Positions 19,932-30,827 of a DNA stretch of 64,000 bases are shown piece after piece. The DNA is taken from positions 224,001 to 288,000 of the forward strand of contig CBDANS010000006.1 of the NCBI GenBank assembly GCA_965197745.1, written 5' to 3'. Both the position numbers and the translations under genes were made by a program. Below the pieces are notes generated by a model. That model was not told the DNA's origin. It saw nothing but the letters and a program-made list of their open reading frames with translations, and did no database searches. The DNA is from Opitutales bacterium (GTDB lineage: Bacteria; Verrucomicrobiota; Verrucomicrobiia; Opitutales; PNEW01). How positions within the stretch are numbered: the first letter of the stretch is position 1; every line of letters starts with the position of its first letter.

Positions 19932-21040
19932 TGCGCGCAAAGGGACCCGCTAAGATAACGTTGTTCCTGCCATCTTTAATCGGGGGGGGCGCAGAGAAAA
20001 TTATGGTGAATTTAGCCCGTGGATTTTCAGAGAGAGGCCATAAGGTTGATCTTGCACTGGTTAATGCCGTAGGGCCATTTATAAAAGATATTCCGGATAC
20101 CGTGCGGCTTGTCGATTGCGGGGCAAAACGAATTATAAGCAGTTTACCCAAGTTGGTAAATTATCTGCGCCAGGTAAAACCCGACGTTATGTTGTCCACC
20201 CTGGAACCCACTAATATTATAGCCGTTTGGGCCAGATTCCTATCGCGTGAATCCTTTAAACTGTATTTAAGGATGGAGAACACGTATTCCATCGAATTAA
20301 AGAACATAACCCAGCTTAAAGGGCGTATCATATGGAAGCTGGCGCCCGTTTTTTATCCCTGTGCTGACGGATTGATTACCCTTTCACAGGGTGTTGCCGA
20401 TGATTTTAAAAATTATGTTTCCCTGGCAGATGACCGCATAGCAGTCATTAACAGCCCTGTTGATATAGAAGATATCAAAAGTAAGGCATTACTCCCGATC
20501 GAACATCCATGGTTCAAGGAAGGTGAACTTCCGGTAATCCTGGGAATTGGCCGATTGGCAAAGCAGAAGGATTTTCCCACACTTATCCGGGCATTTGAAT
20601 TGCTTAGAAAAACAAAGCCAGCCCGTCTCGTCATTTTGGGAGAGGGTGAAGAGCGCTCAGTATTAGAAAACCTGGTTCACGAAAGCGGGTTGAATAATGA
20701 TGTCGATATGCCGGGCTTTGTCGATAATCCCTATGCTTATTTATCCAGAGCTTCCGTATTTGTCCTTTCATCAGCCTGGGAGGGCCTGAGTGTCGTAACC
20801 ATAGAGTCTCTAGCTGTCGGGACTCCCATCGTATCTACTGATTGTCCCCACGGTCCAAGTGAAGTTCTCGACTCCGGTCGATACGGAAAGCTCGTCCCCG
20901 TGGGTGACTCACCTTCTATGGCCGAGGCCATATTAAAAACGATGTCTGATAGGCCGGAAAAGTCCTATCTCCAGTATCAGTCCCAAAAATATTCTTTTGA
21001 TATAAAGGTAAACGAGTATCTTAAAATATTACTTCAATAA
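19931..21040 (+). CDS. Glycosyltransferase family 4
   Basis: GGGAEK, GRLAKQKDF, FVLSSAWEG...ES, STDCPHGPSE. Confidence 0.93.
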   Translation: MRAKGPAKITLFLPSLIGGGAEKIMVNLARGFSERGHKVDLALVNAVGPFIKDIPDTVRLVDCGAKRIISSLPKLVNYLRQVKPDVMLSTLEPTNIIAVWARFLSRESFKLYLRMENTYSIELKNITQLKGRIIWKLAPVFYPCADGLITLSQGVADDFKNYVSLADDRIAVINSPVDIEDIKSKALLPIEHPWFKEGELPVILGIGRLAKQKDFPTLIRAFELLRKTKPARLVILGEGEERSVLENLVHESGLNNDVDMPGFVDNPYAYLSRASVFVLSSAWEGLSVVTIESLAVGTPIVSTDCPHGPSEVLDSGRYGKLVPVGDSPSMAEAILKTMSDRPEKSYLQYQSQKYSFDIKVNEYLKILLQ

Positions 21041-21201
21041 TAATATTCATCGAGGATCCAATCCGGCTAATAACAAATTGAAGCGTACTTCCAAATTCTA
21101 GTAATATTATATAGGGTATGAGGAAGATTACATTTTTACGGGTGAATCATGGAAGGCACTCAAATAGTATCCTTCTGGCTACCATTAACTAATCATCAAT
21201 T

Positions 21202-22707
21202 ATGCAGCTGACGATAAGGCAGCAACAGATCATATTACTGGTATTGTGTTCCATTTTGGCCGTTTACTTTTCCGCAAAAATCGGTCAGGGGAGCTGGATA
21301 CTGCCTATACTCATCTGCATCAGTGGATTTTTTGCCCTCACGGTCAGACTTTTAAGGGTAAACTCTGTGGGCTTGATTCTCAGTTTCCTGATATTTGGCT
21401 ACCTTATAGGCAATCGTGGATTCGCGCAAATTACACCCTTGTGGAGTCTACCGATTTTTCTCGGGGAACTGGCGTTATTATTTACCACCATCTACCTGAT
21501 CATTTACATTTTAAACAACCAGACTCTTCCTTTCAGATTAAATGCACTCGGGATTATTATTTTAGTTTGGGTTCTGGATGGTTCCCTGAGAATGCTCTTT
21601 GACATAAAAGATCATGGCCTGATTGCCATTCGAGATTTTGCCACGGTTTATTATTCACTCTACTTTTTTGTTGCTCAACCCATGGCCAATGACTCCCGCT
21701 CTTGGCGGTTCTTTGACCGGGTACTGGGTATTGCCATCTTAATTGCTATCCCATTAATTCAACTCTTCAAACAATATCCAGAATTTTTCGTCTATAATCT
21801 GGTTTTTGATGGGGTACCCATTATTTATTTCAAAGGAGACATTGCTGCCGCAACTTATGCGACAGGTTTTTTTTATTATTACCTAAAATATCTCAAGAGG
21901 CCGTTCATTCCTTACTTTCTTATTGCGACTCTATGCTTCTGGATAACCATATATTCAACGGTAAGAGCGGCATGGGTCGGTTTATTCATTGGTTTTATTA
22001 TACTTTTGTGGGCTCGTTTTTACAAATTAATCATTCATTTATCGGTGATGTCGATATTAGCAACCGTTCCGTTGTTTGTCTATTTAGCTACGATCGAAGA
22101 GGAAATTACAGAAACCAGAATTTATTCCATATATGAACATGCACTGTCACTCATCGACTTCAAGGGAACTGGCACATACCGAAATCCCGGCAGTGAAAAT
22201 ACAGGAGCCAATAATCGCTACCGCCTGATCTGGTGGGAAAATGTTATACGGGAAACCTGGAATAAAGGTCGCATATTCGGATTGGGATTCGGCTATGACC
22301 TGGCTTATAATTTCATGTGGGATTTTTATACCAGCAACGAACCCTCCGATGTTCGAAGCCCCCATAGTATCGTAATGACTGTTTTCGGAAGAATGGGGCT
22401 GTGTGGTTTTATCATATTTGCTTTAATTATGGGAAAAATGTTTGTCGATACTCGCCGCATCATAAGGATGAGTCGCGAGGAAGGTCTGGTATCCGACGCT
22501 CTTCGTTATTGGTGCATGGCATGGGTTATATTTGCCACTTCCTGTTTTGGTGTAGTCCTTGAGGGACCTATGGGAGCAATTATCTTTTGGACCTTACTCG
22601 GCTGTGCCCAGAATATAGAAATAAAACAAGTGTTAAGCAACAGTCTTAGTACTACTGATGATGAAAAGGAAACCCCCGGAATGGAACAACCTGCGCTACA
22701 GCTATGA
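21202..22707 (+). CDS. O-antigen ligase/Wzy-like polymerase family membrane protein
   Basis: Multi-TM; RAAWVG, R-LIWW, FGLGFG, SPHS motifs. Confidence 0.8.
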   Translation: MQLTIRQQQIILLVLCSILAVYFSAKIGQGSWILPILICISGFFALTVRLLRVNSVGLILSFLIFGYLIGNRGFAQITPLWSLPIFLGELALLFTTIYLIIYILNNQTLPFRLNALGIIILVWVLDGSLRMLFDIKDHGLIAIRDFATVYYSLYFFVAQPMANDSRSWRFFDRVLGIAILIAIPLIQLFKQYPEFFVYNLVFDGVPIIYFKGDIAAATYATGFFYYYLKYLKRPFIPYFLIATLCFWITIYSTVRAAWVGLFIGFIILLWARFYKLIIHLSVMSILATVPLFVYLATIEEEITETRIYSIYEHALSLIDFKGTGTYRNPGSENTGANNRYRLIWWENVIRETWNKGRIFGLGFGYDLAYNFMWDFYTSNEPSDVRSPHSIVMTVFGRMGLCGFIIFALIMGKMFVDTRRIIRMSREEGLVSDALRYWCMAWVIFATSCFGVVLEGPMGAIIFWTLLGCAQNIEIKQVLSNSLSTTDDEKETPGMEQPALQL

Positions 22708-22732
22708 TGCGTGACTGCTGATTATTAACCTT

Positions 22733-23968
22733 GTGTTTAAAAATACAATATATCACAGCTACAATCGTATCCTGAATCAAACCGAGCGGTACCGTATCGA
22801 TTTGATCCAACCGATTTGTATTCTTATTTTATGTATTACCGGGGTATTTTTTATCTATTCAGCGCAACTCTATTCGGGAGGGTCTCTATGGATAAAACAA
22901 ATAGTCTGGATCATCCTCGGAGCAGGTTTTTACACCCTTGTCTCTTTAATCAATTACCAGTTTTTTTTAGAGAAAGGCCATTGGATTTATTACTTCAGTA
23001 TTCTCTTATTGCTCTTGCTTGAGACCCCTTTGGGTGAAGAGCGTAATAATTCGACACGATGGATTGATTTTGGATATTTTTTATTTCAACCCTCCGAAGC
23101 GGCAAAGATCGGCACTCTCATAATGGTTTCGAGCATCCTGGCACGTTCCGAGGTCGGTTCCATCAAAGAGTCGATTGAAGTTATTGTTAAAGTAACAATT
23201 GCAATTTTAATCCCAATAATATTGATTTTTAGGCAACCTGATCTAGGATCAGCCCTGATCTTTCCCCCCATGATTTTTTCCCTCTTATATATCTCTAAAT
23301 TGACCGAACGATTTTTTGCCGTCGTTTTTGCCGTCTTTTTATTGTTCATTGGCATTCTCTCATGGGATATAAAAAGTTATTATTCCTATCTACAGGAAAA
23401 TAATATTAATATTACTGTTGATAAGACTAATTATCAGGCTCAGACGTGGTTCCCGTTGAAGGATTACCAGCGCAACCGAATTCTGGCTTATTTAGCCCCG
23501 GAAGCGGTTGATCCTCGTGGGATAGGAGTCAGCTGGAACCAGAGGCAATCTCATATAACTGTTGGGTCAGGGGGGGCTCTAGGCAAAGGCTGGACTGAGG
23601 GAACACAGGCAAAGCTTGGTTACCTCCCACAATCGGTAGCCTATACTGATTTTATTTTCTCTGTTCTCGCTGAAGAGAAAGGGTTTCTTGGAAGCATCTT
23701 CGTGATTGGCCTGTACGCTGTCTTGGTCTGTAATGGGATCCGCATTGCCGGTATCGCACAAGACCGATTTGGTATGCTCCTTGTCGTCGGAGTCAGCGTC
23801 ATATTTATGGTGCACATATTTATAAATGTTGGTATGACCGTTGGTATCATGCCGATCACTGGTTTACCGCTTCCTTTTTTAAGTTACGGCGGGTCTTTTA
23901 TTTTAAGTTGTTGCATAATGCAGGGACTGGTTCAAAGCGTTTTCAGATTTAGAAGGGAAATCTCCTAA
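22733..23968 (+). CDS. rodA: SEDS-family peptidoglycan polymerase RodA
   Basis: RWI, FQPSEAAK, QPDLGSA, YQRNRI, GSGG, TDFIFS, PITGLPLPFLSYGGS. Confidence 0.9.
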   Translation: MFKNTIYHSYNRILNQTERYRIDLIQPICILILCITGVFFIYSAQLYSGGSLWIKQIVWIILGAGFYTLVSLINYQFFLEKGHWIYYFSILLLLLLETPLGEERNNSTRWIDFGYFLFQPSEAAKIGTLIMVSSILARSEVGSIKESIEVIVKVTIAILIPIILIFRQPDLGSALIFPPMIFSLLYISKLTERFFAVVFAVFLLFIGILSWDIKSYYSYLQENNINITVDKTNYQAQTWFPLKDYQRNRILAYLAPEAVDPRGIGVSWNQRQSHITVGSGGALGKGWTEGTQAKLGYLPQSVAYTDFIFSVLAEEKGFLGSIFVIGLYAVLVCNGIRIAGIAQDRFGMLLVVGVSVIFMVHIFINVGMTVGIMPITGLPLPFLSYGGSFILSCCIMQGLVQSVFRFRREIS

Positions 23969-24043
23969 TGAACGATTTAACTTATCCAGCCTCTCAGTGT
24001 TGCCGCATCGTGCAGCTCCTAATAAGGACCCCCTCAATCTACG

Positions 24044-25807
24044 ATGGGAATTCGATGCAATATGAAAAATTCAAAAAATGTAAATACGCCTAATAGCTCA
24101 CCAAATTTTGATAAAGAACTTCAAGAACCACCAAAAGAAGAACCGGTTAAAGATGTAAAAGTCGATGAATTGCATGAGGACGCGCGTCAACGAGCGAAAA
24201 CACGACCTCTTTTCCAAAGAGTAGTAACCGCCCTCAAAAAAGATGCTTCTCCATTCCGAGAAGTGATAATAAATTCCGAACCGCTGGAGAAACGTGTAGC
24301 CCTCCTTAACGACGGCGTTCTTGACAAATTTGATATTGAACGGGTAGGTGAAGAGCGCGTAGTAGGAAGTATATTCAAGGGGAAAATACAAAACCTTGAA
24401 CCCGGCTTGAAAGCGGCATTTGTCGATATAGACATGCCCAAGAACGCCTTTCTTCATTACTGGGACATTCTCCCTGCGGCCAATGATTCGTCTGTAGAAA
24501 TTGTAAGGGACAATAAATCAGCCGCCCAGCGAAACGACCGGGATAAAATCAGCCTTAAAGACATCCCCAAGCTCTACCCTATTGGCAAGGAAATCGTTGT
24601 CCAAGTGACCAAGGGCCAGATCGGGAGTAAGGGACCGCGGACAACGACAAATATCGCCTTACCCGGGCGCTACCTGGTCTTTATGCCGTTTTCCGGCCAA
24701 TGTGGAATCTCGCGTAAGATTGAAAGCAGACAAGAGAGACAGCGATTAAAGGATATACTTCGAAATCTCACTATCCCTGAGGGTATGGGAGTCATCATCC
24801 GCACGGCAGGCGAGGGAAAGAAACTCCGCTATTTTGTCCGTGATTTGCATATTCTATTGCAGACGTGGGATGAAATCCAGACTAACATGGACAATGCCGG
24901 AGGTCCCGCATGTATATACAGGGAGCCGGATATAATTGAACGCACAGCACGCGATTTTCTTACTGAAGACATTGATCGCGTTCTCTTCGACGACGAAGAC
25001 GACTACAAAGTCATGCTCGACACCGTAGATAAAATATCGCCGCGTTCAAAATCGAAAATAAATCACTTCCAGGAGAACATTCCGATATTTGAGCGTTTTA
25101 ATATTGAACGCCAGATTGAGCAGACCTTTCAGCATAGAGTACCCCTGCCATCGGGGGGTGAGATTGTAATCGAAGAGACCGAGGCGCTGGTTGCCATTGA
25201 TGTCAATACAGGAGGGCACAAGCATAAAAACGGCGATAGTAAAGATTTCATTGTGCACGCTAATCTTGAAGCGGCAGAGGAAATATCGCGTCAAATCCGA
25301 CTTCGTAATATAGGCGGTCTTATCATCATCGACTTCATAGATATGAAGCAGCGCAAGGACCGAAACGCGGTTTTTAAGAAAATGCGCGATGATATGTCTA
25401 AGGATAAAGCGAAACGTCACATTCTCCCAATTTCCCAATTGGGGATAATGCAGATGACCCGCCAGCGCCATAAAGAAAGTGTTTCATCCGGACTTTATAC
25501 CGGCTGCCCCTATTGTAATGGACGCGGCATGGTAAAATCCCCAAGAACCATGAGTGTTGAAATCCAGCGGCGGTTAGTCAGTGTAATCCGCCGTCTGCGC
25601 CCTCCCGAAAAAACTGATAGTGAAGAAATCACCTTGCGTATACTCTGTCACCCGACCGCGCTTGAAAGGCTTAGCAACGAAGATGAAAAATTGCTCGTCG
25701 AACTAGAAGACCATTATAAGGTTAAGCTCTCTTTTCGTGCCGATCCTTCATACCACGTCGAAAACTTCAAGATTTTCGAGGCAGAAACCGGCGAAGAACT
25801 TCGGTGA
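24044..25807 (+). CDS. Rne/Rng family ribonuclease (RNase E/G)
   Basis: S1 domain GSIFKGKI...[39 protein letters not shown]. Start may be ATG 24062. Confidence 0.95.
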   Translation: MGIRCNMKNSKNVNTPNSSPNFDKELQEPPKEEPVKDVKVDELHEDARQRAKTRPLFQRVVTALKKDASPFREVIINSEPLEKRVALLNDGVLDKFDIERVGEERVVGSIFKGKIQNLEPGLKAAFVDIDMPKNAFLHYWDILPAANDSSVEIVRDNKSAAQRNDRDKISLKDIPKLYPIGKEIVVQVTKGQIGSKGPRTTTNIALPGRYLVFMPFSGQCGISRKIESRQERQRLKDILRNLTIPEGMGVIIRTAGEGKKLRYFVRDLHILLQTWDEIQTNMDNAGGPACIYREPDIIERTARDFLTEDIDRVLFDDEDDYKVMLDTVDKISPRSKSKINHFQENIPIFERFNIERQIEQTFQHRVPLPSGGEIVIEETEALVAIDVNTGGHKHKNGDSKDFIVHANLEAAEEISRQIRLRNIGGLIIIDFIDMKQRKDRNAVFKKMRDDMSKDKAKRHILPISQLGIMQMTRQRHKESVSSGLYTGCPYCNGRGMVKSPRTMSVEIQRRLVSVIRRLRPPEKTDSEEITLRILCHPTALERLSNEDEKLLVELEDHYKVKLSFRADPSYHVENFKIFEAETGEELR

Positions 25808-25901
25808 TACCATTTGAGGATCAGCAAACTCTATAAATTGGATAGCTCCAATTAAGACAAAGAACACAGAATAGGATAATTAAACTATTCTTCGATCCAC
25901 C

Positions 25902-27071
25902 ATGAATGTTCTTCTCGCTTTTGACAAATTCAAGGATTCATTCAGTGCCTATGAAGCATGTGATATAGTATCACGGGAACTGGTATCATTGCATTCGGAT
26001 TGGAAAATTGAGACCGCTCCACTATCGGATGGAGGTGATGGGTTCTGCAAGATATTAACCGAAGCCCGGCAAGGGGTCTTAACTGAGGAAATAGTAAACG
26101 GACCTCTTTTCGAAAAAACAAAAGCCCTGTTCGGGGTGGTCGATTTAGAACAATTAGAGCCCGAATTGTGCAAATGGCTGTGTGTTCCTACAGAAGGAAA
26201 GATTTCTATAATTGAGATGGCACAAGCCAGCGGATTAAACCTGCTCACCCAGAAAAACCGCGATTTGTGGCACACCTCAACACTAGGCGTTGGAGAACTC
26301 ATCATTAAAGCATTAGACCTTAAATCGAAGGTTATTTTATTAGGGGTAGGTGGAAGTGCCACCAACGACTTAGGGCTTGGCGCGCTTGAAGCTCTTGGCT
26401 TGCGCTTTTTGAATTCTCAAGGGGTTCCCATTGCTCACCTTACACCGGCATCGTGGAATCAGGTGGAAAGCATTACCGGTGTCATACCATCAGAACTACC
26501 CGCGATCCGCATTGCCTGTGATGTAACGAATCCCCTCCTGGGACCTGATGGCGCGGCGGCAATATATGGGCCACAGAAAGGGATGATACCGGAGGACTGG
26601 GAAAGAATAGAAAAACAGTCTGAACAAATGGCAAAAATGCTGTGTCGCTTTTCCGGTACCGATAAAGCGGTTATACGGGATAAGGGCAGTGGAGCCGCTG
26701 GTGGTATTTCCTTCGGTCTACGAGCCGTCACCGGGGCGCGATTAGTGCCGGGTTTTGATTTGGTTCAGCAATGGTTACAATTTGAGGAAAAAGTAGCAAA
26801 GGCTGATATGATCATAACCGGAGAAGGTCGTTTCGACCGCAGTTCATTACAAGGCAAGGGACCGGGCACACTCATTGATATGGCTATGAAGGAAAAAAAA
26901 GAAATAATGGTTTTTGCAGGTCTCCTCTCCGATGATCTCAACCCCCATTTACCACCGTCGATGAACAGAGAAAACCTTATTCAAATTACACCCCAGAACT
27001 GCCCTCTTCCGAAAGCTTTGCTTGAAGGCCGAGAAAACCTGGCGTGCGCGATTCGTGAAAAGGTGACTTAA
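25902..27071 (+). CDS. Glycerate kinase (GlxK/GarK family)
   Basis: DKFKDS, PLSDGGDG, GGSATNDLG, GAAGG, TGEGRFD. Confidence 0.92.
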   Translation: MNVLLAFDKFKDSFSAYEACDIVSRELVSLHSDWKIETAPLSDGGDGFCKILTEARQGVLTEEIVNGPLFEKTKALFGVVDLEQLEPELCKWLCVPTEGKISIIEMAQASGLNLLTQKNRDLWHTSTLGVGELIIKALDLKSKVILLGVGGSATNDLGLGALEALGLRFLNSQGVPIAHLTPASWNQVESITGVIPSELPAIRIACDVTNPLLGPDGAAAIYGPQKGMIPEDWERIEKQSEQMAKMLCRFSGTDKAVIRDKGSGAAGGISFGLRAVTGARLVPGFDLVQQWLQFEEKVAKADMIITGEGRFDRSSLQGKGPGTLIDMAMKEKKEIMVFAGLLSDDLNPHLPPSMNRENLIQITPQNCPLPKALLEGRENLACAIREKVT

Positions 27072-27142
27072 ATTCCGCGAATCAGTAACCTTTTCTTTTT
27101 ATTTGATTGCTTCAGCCAATATCCCTCTTTCTCTAGTTAGGG

Positions 27143-28618
27143 ATGAAGGCGATAATGGTAATGTTCGACACTTTAAATCGCCGCCTGCTCCCGTCCTATG
27201 GCTGCGACTGGACTCATACTCCGAATTTTAAACGGCTGGCGGAACATACTGTTACTTTCGACAATGCTTATATAGGAAGTATGCCGTGTATGCCGGCCCG
27301 TAGAGAATTGCATACCGGGCGTTATAATTTTCTTCACCGTTCCTGGGGTCCCCTCGAACCATTTGATGAGTCAATGCCGGCAATTCTGACCGAGAATGGT
27401 GTCTACACCCATATTGCCACCGATCACTATCATTACTGGGAGCCCGGTGGCAGTAATTACATTCAACGCTATCGCTCGTATCAAACCTGTCGTGGACAAG
27501 AAGGAGATGCCTGGAAGCCTTCCGTCGCAGATCCGAAAATCCCACCCGTTGTTGGCGCAAATAGAAACAGCGAAATGTGGCGGCAGGATTGGGTTAACCG
27601 GCAATACATCAATGAAGAGAAAGACTGGCCTCAATACCGCACCATGGACGCCGGGCTCGCCTTCCTTGAAAAAAACTGGAACGAGGACAACTGGTTTCTC
27701 CAGATTGAAACATTCGATCCCCACGAACCCTTTTTCGCCCCTCAAAAATACCGCGATCTTTACAAGCATGAATATAAAGGTAAGCACTTTGACTGGCCTC
27801 CTTATACCGTTGTTGAGGAAACCTCCGAAGAAGTCGAACACCTGCAATTTGAATACACCGCTCTGTTGAGTTTTTGTGATGCCCAACTCGGGCGTGTCCT
27901 CGATTTTATGGATGATCATGAACTGTGGGAAGACACGCTTCTCATTGTTAATACCGATCATGGTTTCCTTCTCGGTGAGCACGGATTCTGGGCTAAAGTC
28001 GCACCGCCGTTTTACAATGAAGTAGCGCACATACCCCTTTTTATCTGGGATCCACGATGTGAAAAAAAAGATGTTCACTGTGATGCCCTCGTTCAAACCA
28101 TCGATCTACCCGCCACCCTCCTGGAATTTTTCGGAATACCGCTCCCCGATAATATGCAGGGGCATCCACTGCGCGACACCCTGGCCCGTAATATTCCCGT
28201 TCGCGAAGATGCCTTGTTCGGCGTTCATGGGGGTCACGTCAACCTGGTGAACGATCGCTATATTTATATGCGCGCTCCACCTACGGATGAAAATAAACCG
28301 TTATTTAATTATACACATATGCCTTCACGTATGCGCAATATGTTTACTATCGAAGAGTTAAAGGAGGCACAAATGGTTGAACCCTTCAGCTTTACGCAAG
28401 GTTGCCCGCTGATGAAAATTCCATCAGAAGGGATGGTCGTAAAGCGTATTATACCCATGGCCGACCTGCTCTTTGACCGAATCGCTGACCCCCTGCAGGA
28501 ACATCCAATTAACGATCCTGTCATAGAAGAAACCTTGCAAAAACGCATGATTGAGTTGATGCGCGAAAACGATTCTCCCCTTGAGCAGTATGAAAGACTG
28601 GGGCTAAAAGTTGATTAA
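27143..28618 (+). CDS. Formylglycine-dependent sulfatase
   Basis: CMPAR motif, TGRY, DPHEPF, TDHG. Confidence 0.92.
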   Translation: MKAIMVMFDTLNRRLLPSYGCDWTHTPNFKRLAEHTVTFDNAYIGSMPCMPARRELHTGRYNFLHRSWGPLEPFDESMPAILTENGVYTHIATDHYHYWEPGGSNYIQRYRSYQTCRGQEGDAWKPSVADPKIPPVVGANRNSEMWRQDWVNRQYINEEKDWPQYRTMDAGLAFLEKNWNEDNWFLQIETFDPHEPFFAPQKYRDLYKHEYKGKHFDWPPYTVVEETSEEVEHLQFEYTALLSFCDAQLGRVLDFMDDHELWEDTLLIVNTDHGFLLGEHGFWAKVAPPFYNEVAHIPLFIWDPRCEKKDVHCDALVQTIDLPATLLEFFGIPLPDNMQGHPLRDTLARNIPVREDALFGVHGGHVNLVNDRYIYMRAPPTDENKPLFNYTHMPSRMRNMFTIEELKEAQMVEPFSFTQGCPLMKIPSEGMVVKRIIPMADLLFDRIADPLQEHPINDPVIEETLQKRMIELMRENDSPLEQYERLGLKVD

Positions 28619-28811
28619 ATTTCAACTTGCTTTTCCTCTGAAGCGTTCGTGCTGAAGCTGCTTTCTGCTGAGACACATTTATCTATTGGCAGATCAACTG
28701 ATTTATAAAATTAAAATTGTACCGAATCTTGTTGCAAGATAAGAGATTATGAGTTTCTTATTAAAGTGTTCACCCACCCCAAACTAAAATACCGCTGAGT
28801 ATACCCGGATC

Positions 28812-29447
28812 ATGACCGCCGAAGAGGCCAAACTCAAAGAGGCTAGATTTTCTCGAATTCGCCGATTGAAACGGCTATTACGCCCATTGCCACGCCGTGC
28901 AACGCTGCATCGCTATCCCATCCTTAATATGTTTACCGAAACCGCCCGCAAGCGCGCCTACCTTTGGTCTTTTCGTACCAGTGAAGTAGTCCCAGCTTTG
29001 TATGCTGGTTGTATATTAACTTTCATGCCTCTGTATGGCATGCAAATTCCACTCGCCCTTATGGCCGCGGTCATATTCCGTGCTAACCTTCCCGTCCTTG
29101 CCGGCCTTCAACTATTATCGAATCCTATTACTATTCCTTTTATCTACTGGATGGCTTTTTTAACCGGTGATTTTCTTTTAAGCGTCTTCGGAAGCACCGG
29201 CCAGTCCATGGAAATCGTCTCCAGCGTGGAGCAAAGCAATTTCCTCTTAAAGAGTATAAGAAATGTAAGTGCCATGGTTAGCGGGGGGATGATAATTGGT
29301 TATTTTGTCGGATTTATCACCAGCATGATATACCGCATTATGGCAAAACGCGCGGCTCAGACTTACAATAAGCTGAAGGTTACCCAGACGGAAAAAGAAA
29401 AACCCACTGCTTCAGTTGAAAAACCGACATCGCCCCAGAGTATCTGA
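28812..29447 (+). CDS. DUF2062-family membrane protein
   Basis: LWSF, MPLYGMQ, RANLP, SNPIT pattern with TM segments. Confidence 0.75.
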   Translation: MTAEEAKLKEARFSRIRRLKRLLRPLPRRATLHRYPILNMFTETARKRAYLWSFRTSEVVPALYAGCILTFMPLYGMQIPLALMAAVIFRANLPVLAGLQLLSNPITIPFIYWMAFLTGDFLLSVFGSTGQSMEIVSSVEQSNFLLKSIRNVSAMVSGGMIIGYFVGFITSMIYRIMAKRAAQTYNKLKVTQTEKEKPTASVEKPTSPQSI

Positions 29448-29481
29448 GCCTATGTGCCATGCCTCCAGGAGGTGATCGTCA

Positions 29482-30783
29482 TTGCAGAGAGTGAAGTTCC
29501 TCCTGCTAGCTGTATTCATTCTGGGCACTCCCGAATTGCAATTATCCGCGGCCTCAATCGTTACGCAAGCGAACAGTATTAATGCCGTCAGATCCACAAG
29601 AAAAATCAGCCTGGGTATCGATGTATTAATCGGAAGCCAGGTTCATAAGCTGGCCAATAAAAAAGTGGGGTTACTCACCCACCCCGCAGGAGTAAACCGC
29701 GATGGGGTCAGCACTATCGAAATCCTCAGACGTGAGCCAAAAATATACCTGACGGCATTATTCGGTCCCGAACATGGGATATATGGTAATGAAAAGGCTA
29801 ATGTTTTCATTCATAACCGCAATGACCCGCAAACCGGGCTCCCTGTTTACTCACTCTATGGTAAATACCGTAAACCCTCGCCCGAAATGCTGAAGGGGCT
29901 CGATGTGCTTGTCATTGATCTACAGGATCTGGGCGTCCGCTCCTATACTTTTGTCAGTTGCATGCGCCTGGCGATAGAGGCATGTTTTGAAAACGATGTG
30001 GAGGTTGTCGTTCTCGATCGCCCCAACCCCCTTGGCGGTCTGAAAGTTGACGGTCCACTCTTGGAAAAACGCTGGATGAGTTATGTGGGCGCTTATCGTG
30101 TGCCTTATGTTCACGGTCTAACCATCGGAGAACTGGCTACTATGGCAGCGAAACTTCCTGGCTGGCTTGATATCGATGATATTTCATGGAAAAAAGGAAA
30201 ATTAACAGTTATCCCTATGGATGGATGGCAGCGTTCAATGATGTGGGCAGACACCGGTCTGCGATGGATTCCTACCTCCCCGGCGATAAAAGACTTATCA
30301 GCGGCACTCGGCTATTCAATGATAGGCTTAGGGTGTGAATTAAATAATTTTTCCCACGGCTATGGGTCTGATTATCTATTCAGAGTTATCCGTTATCCTG
30401 GAAAAACTCCGGAAGCGATACAAGCTGCCCTGGCATCCAAACGTGTTCGCGGACTCAATTTCCAGGTAATAAGCATTCCCACCGCTAATGGAACCCCGGG
30501 TAAGGGCGTCTATGCCATGGTTTCAGATTGGGAGACATTACGCCCCACGGAAATCAGTTTTCATATGATGCAATTGGCTTGTTCCTGGAGTCGCAATAAC
30601 CCTTTTGCCCGGGCGAGTGATGACAAAGCCCAGCTTTTCAATAAGCATGTCGGCTCGACGGAATGGTGGAATGCAATCACGACCCAGGGCTCACGTGTAA
30701 ACGTAAATTATTTTATTAATAAATGGGAGCGACAGGCTAAAATATTTCAGGACACCAGTCGAAAATACTGGCTCTATAATTGA
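29482..30783 (+). CDS. DUF1343/NamZ-family exo-beta-N-acetylmuramidase, exported
   Basis: LFGPEHG, YSLYG, DLQDLGVRSYTF, LDRPNP, HGLTIGELA, WIPTSP. Confidence 0.9.
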   Translation: MQRVKFLLLAVFILGTPELQLSAASIVTQANSINAVRSTRKISLGIDVLIGSQVHKLANKKVGLLTHPAGVNRDGVSTIEILRREPKIYLTALFGPEHGIYGNEKANVFIHNRNDPQTGLPVYSLYGKYRKPSPEMLKGLDVLVIDLQDLGVRSYTFVSCMRLAIEACFENDVEVVVLDRPNPLGGLKVDGPLLEKRWMSYVGAYRVPYVHGLTIGELATMAAKLPGWLDIDDISWKKGKLTVIPMDGWQRSMMWADTGLRWIPTSPAIKDLSAALGYSMIGLGCELNNFSHGYGSDYLFRVIRYPGKTPEAIQAALASKRVRGLNFQVISIPTANGTPGKGVYAMVSDWETLRPTEISFHMMQLACSWSRNNPFARASDDKAQLFNKHVGSTEWWNAITTQGSRVNVNYFINKWERQAKIFQDTSRKYWLYN

Positions 30784-30827
30784 TTCAAAAGCCTGGTTAT
30801 ATTTACCCGTATTATTCTCTCGAATGT

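Noticed and set aside
27371..28096. Long antisense/alternative-frame ORFs over the sulfatase (and similar ones over pyrG, the barrel gene and rne)
   Set aside because: They overlap well-supported genes and show no recognisable motifs.
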